Shown here piece after piece: positions 61,034 to 64,000 of a DNA stretch of 64,000 bases. The DNA lies in assembly GCA_007375595.1 (NCBI GenBank), contig VMEP01000001.1, positions 340,694 through 404,693 of the forward strand, written 5' to 3'. Under the pieces are notes generated by a model that searched no databases, was not told the origin of the DNA, and saw only the letters and a program-made list of their open reading frames with translations. The translations under genes were made by a program, and so were the position numbers. The stretch is from Parcubacteria group bacterium LiPW_30. Its GTDB lineage: Bacteria > Patescibacteriota > Minisyncoccia > Phycocordibacterales > VMEP01. Position 1 is the first letter of the stretch, and each line of letters begins with the position of its first letter.

Positions 61034-61444
61034 ATGAAAAAAGTAGTTACATTAGTAGCAGCATCAGCACTTCCTGTAGTTGCTCTTGCTCAGACAGTAG
61101 ATGCCATTTTTAGTAAGATTATAACGCTCATTAATTACCTAACGATTATTGTTGTGGCGTTATCTGTTTTGGCGTTTTTCTGGGGTTTGTTTAAGTTTAT
61201 TACCAAGGCAGGAGAAGACAAAGAGGAGGGTCGCCACATAATGATTTGGGGAATCCTCGCACTATTTGTTATGGTTTCTGTTTGGGGTCTTGTTGGTGTT
61301 GTCGGGAATACTTTCGGTGTGCAACAAGGAGGAGCAGTTAATATCCCAGGCATCGGTGGTTCTTACGGCGGTGTTAATACTGGTGGTACTGGAGTTTCTG
61401 GGGGAGTTAATGTCACAGGTGGTATTAATATTCCAATTCGATAA
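61034..61444 (+). CDS. pilin-like membrane protein
   Basis: ALA signal, FFWGL.KFI..EGR..MIWGILALFVMVSVWGLV, Gly-rich tail. Confidence 0.65.
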   Translation: MKKVVTLVAASALPVVALAQTVDAIFSKIITLINYLTIIVVALSVLAFFWGLFKFITKAGEDKEEGRHIMIWGILALFVMVSVWGLVGVVGNTFGVQQGGAVNIPGIGGSYGGVNTGGTGVSGGVNVTGGINIPIR

Positions 61445-61492
61445 TCTATAGACACGAAGCGCGCGATAGCGCGCTTTTGTCACTTGTAAAAA

Positions 61493-61765
61493 ATGATTGC
61501 TGAAGCTGCAACACAACTACAAAGCGGAGCAAACAGCCTTGTTCAAAAACTTGTTGTTAATATCTTAGACCCAATTACGGGATTATTAGGCTCACTTGCA
61601 ATAGCTTATTTTCTTTTCGGGGTACTTCAATACATAATGAATTCTGATAATGAAGACGGGATAGCTCGCGCAAAGAAGTATATGATGTGGGGTCTTATTG
61701 GTTTGTTTATTATGGTTAGCGCATGGGGGATTATAAACCTCATTGAAGGAAGTCTTCCAAGGTAA
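61493..61765 (+). CDS. pilin-like membrane protein
   Basis: FLFGV..YI..AKKYMMWGLIGLFIMVSAWGII. Confidence 0.65.
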   Translation: MIAEAATQLQSGANSLVQKLVVNILDPITGLLGSLAIAYFLFGVLQYIMNSDNEDGIARAKKYMMWGLIGLFIMVSAWGIINLIEGSLPR

Positions 61766-61879
61766 GATTTAAATAATCCAGAATTAAAAAATAGTCTCGG
61801 CGAAAGTTGAGGCTATTTTGCTTTTTGGGCAAAGAAAAAGGGCGGGCGCATTACTGCGTCCGCCCGTTTGACGACGAAT

Positions 61880-62341
61880 TTATATCTGGAGCCCCATCTT
61901 GATTGGCGTTGTTTCCCCGTCGTCGAGGATAACGCAAACCCTTTCTCCACCTTCGAAGTTTCGCATGATCCGTTGTTTTGGACCAACACGCGCCACATAT
62001 CCGTCGGGGTAGATGAACTTGACGTTCCCTTCCTTCCCGATTGGGTAGATAGTGAACGGCCCAACTGGGATGGTAAAACATGAGGGAAAGTCGGCCGTGA
62101 CCAGGATCTCAGTAGGGTTTCGTGGTGCCGCTGGACCACGCGCGATTTCCTCGGCTTTGGCTTTTTCAGCCTCGGCGCGATACTCCTTCACGTAGTCTTT
62201 TCCAGACCAGTATAGTGGGATGACAAGAAGGATGATGACGGGCCACTTCGCCGCTTTTTTGATGAAATTAAGCGGTTTCTGGCTTTCGGCCACTATCCCA
62301 GCTTCCTTTGTTCGGCTTTCGTGTGTATCTGTCGTTGCCAT
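61880..62341 (-). CDS. hypothetical single-TM protein
   Basis: SD AGGAG; co-oriented with SPFH gene; same GGAGAGTCATCATGGC-like start context. Confidence 0.6.
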   Translation of the reverse strand: MATTDTHESRTKEAGIVAESQKPLNFIKKAAKWPVIILLVIPLYWSGKDYVKEYRAEAEKAKAEEIARGPAAPRNPTEILVTADFPSCFTIPVGPFTIYPIGKEGNVKFIYPDGYVARVGPKQRIMRNFEGGERVCVILDDGETTPIKMGLQI

Positions 62342-62356
62342 GATGACTCTCCTAAA

Positions 62357-63463
62357 TCATTTCTTAGGGAAAAGGCTAGTGAGGAAGTTGGCGACTGCGT
62401 TCATCCCTTCGCCTCTTATTTCCTGAACATTGTGTTGAATGGTTTTGGTGGTATTTTTATTGACCACCAGCGCCGCTTCCATTGCTTCCGCATCGGTAAT
62501 CGGCTTACCACCATCCGCGCCTTTTTCTTGAAGCGTTTTGGCTGTTTCCTTGATCTTCTTTGCGGTTTCTCTCGCAGACAACGCCTGTTGAAACACAGGG
62601 TCATAGTCGACGTCGGAAATTGCAACGAGAATCAGGTCAATGCCGTACTTCTCTTCATACGAAGCGAGCTTGGGATCCTCGTGCCTTTCAAGCGCTTCCC
62701 TCCTTTCCTTGTCGAGAGCGTTTATGGACTTGAGATACTCGTCAATTTTTTTGATTACAAGCTTCTCCCGTTTTTTTCTGACTTCTTCCTCGGTGCCACC
62801 GGGCAATGTTGCGGGCATCTGCAGGTCCAAGGACAACTCATGTTCATAGTGACCCTTCATGCAACCTTCAATGCGCTTGATGTTTTTTCGAGCAGTTTCG
62901 GCGGTGAGGTTGGCAATAATCTGCGCGAGAAAACTCGAGCCGATGTCATGCAAACCGCGATCAATCACTGTCTTGTCGACGGCGATATACTTGCCGATAT
63001 TGCCCTTCATTCCCCGGTACTGGAAACTCCACACCACATGGAGCATTACGCCGTCGAGGGCGGGATATGTTTCCCCTTTCTCGAATTCTTTGGCGAATAT
63101 CCTCAGGTTTATGTAGTTTCCAGACTTTGTTTGTTCCCAAGGGTACTTGAAATGAATCCCCGTTGGGTATTCTTTGAGCTCTCCACCGAAAAGATTGACC
63201 GTAATAAGTGAGGTCACTTCGGGGACGGACACAAGAAAGTAGGGAAGGAAATGGCTTACGGCTAAGAGCCAGAAGCCGAACGAAAACCAACTGTTGTATT
63301 TTTGGAACAGCATCATGCCAAGTTCGTTGAAAACTAAACCAAGCAGAAGGTTGATGACCAAATACACAACTACTGAAAACGACAACAGAAAAGTAATTTC
63401 TGGTGCCTTTTCCCAGCGGAACAGGTTGACTGGTCCGTCTTTTGAAACAGTGGTAGTAGCCAT
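62357..63463 (-). CDS. SPFH/band-7 domain membrane protein
   Basis: Two TM, GIHFKYPWE, YGIDL..V.ISDVD, coiled tail. Confidence 0.7.
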   Translation of the reverse strand: MATTTVSKDGPVNLFRWEKAPEITFLLSFSVVVYLVINLLLGLVFNELGMMLFQKYNSWFSFGFWLLAVSHFLPYFLVSVPEVTSLITVNLFGGELKEYPTGIHFKYPWEQTKSGNYINLRIFAKEFEKGETYPALDGVMLHVVWSFQYRGMKGNIGKYIAVDKTVIDRGLHDIGSSFLAQIIANLTAETARKNIKRIEGCMKGHYEHELSLDLQMPATLPGGTEEEVRKKREKLVIKKIDEYLKSINALDKERREALERHEDPKLASYEEKYGIDLILVAISDVDYDPVFQQALSARETAKKIKETAKTLQEKGADGGKPITDAEAMEAALVVNKNTTKTIQHNVQEIRGEGMNAVANFLTSLFPKK

Positions 63464-63578
63464 GATGACTCCTTTTCAATGTGCGTTTAGCTAGGCGAAA
63501 TACCAAGCTATTACTGTCTATCATTATACATAAAATGACCAAAAAGTCAAGGTGGGGAAGGGGGTTATAAAATGAAAA

Positions 63579-63836
63579 GAGGGAGACTCGGTCAGGGGTA
63601 AAATTCAAGAAGAGATGGAGACCCGGTCATGAATAATTTTGAAGACAAAATAAGTTCACATAGATTGTGAGGAGAGATTCGGTCAAGAACATTTTTACTC
63701 GTCGTCACTCGTAAAAATTTCTCGACCCTGCTCGTTCGACCATTTCTGCTGAAATGGTACCCGAACTCGCTTTCGAGTCTCCCCTCCGAGCAACAAACAA
63801 AATCACCCGATGTTTTCACATCGGGTTCTTTGTTTG
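63579..63836 (-). mobile_element. tRNA-3'-linked element(s) (Leu) with decayed extra junctions
   Basis: 16-bp perfect inverted copy of tRNA 3' end (63772-63787); TGACC-GA(A/G)TCTC-like junctions at about 63581, 63617 and 63671. Confidence 0.7.
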
Positions 63837-63921
63837 TGGTGCTGGAGGGGAGACTCGAACTCCCAAGCCTTGCGGCACTAGTTCCTAAGACTAGCGCGTA
63901 TACCAATTCCGCCACTCCAGC
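63837..63921 (-). tRNA. tRNA-Leu(TAG)
   Basis: GCTGGAG/CTCCAGC; CTAGT-CTTAGGA-ACTAG; long variable arm; CCA encoded. Confidence 0.93.
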
Positions 63922-63966
63922 ATGTTTTTAAATTGTAAAAAATTAATTTAACTTACCTAGCTTGTC

Positions 63967-64000
63967 GTCACGGATATTTTTCTGCTGAAAAATTCCGCGA
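63967..64000 (-). repeat. partial core of another tRNA-linked element (truncated by window edge)
   Basis: GTCACGGATATTTTTCTGCTGAAAAATTCCGCGA resembles core at 28751-28784. Confidence 0.6.

Overview
Bacterial chromosome segment with an AT-rich backbone and genetic code 11. It is most consistent with Patescibacteria/CPR (Parcubacteria-like); this is inferred from the short ValS and S1, the tandem pilin-like genes and the scattered high-GC orphan genes. Housekeeping genes include lepA, murJ, valS, tsaD, trxB, ftsZ/ftsA, ybeY, rpsU, hisS, lepB, pth, rpsA, gyrA and nadK, plus 7 tRNAs and RNase P RNA. Three unusual systems stand out. (1) Every tRNA gene is followed by a member of a ~140-200 bp modular, hairpin-rich element family with no recombinase gene. 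Most members carry an antisense copy of that tRNA's own T-arm and end in a direct repeat of its 3' end starting at T-loop C56. (2) The ~760-nt RNase P RNA gene has a complete small GIY-YIG nuclease ORF in its P3 loop, and its P9 and P19 are two copies of one 60-bp palindrome. (3) A diversity-generating retroelement target/TR pair (11 mismatches, all at TR adenines) has no reverse transcriptase or recognisable avd in the window, and a probable second remote target lies 10 kb upstream. Also present are a PurC-PurE (PAICS-like) fusion, several ~123-bp MITE-like palindromes and an in-frame palindromic insert in tsaD. All alignments were done by eye and novelty could not be checked against databases.
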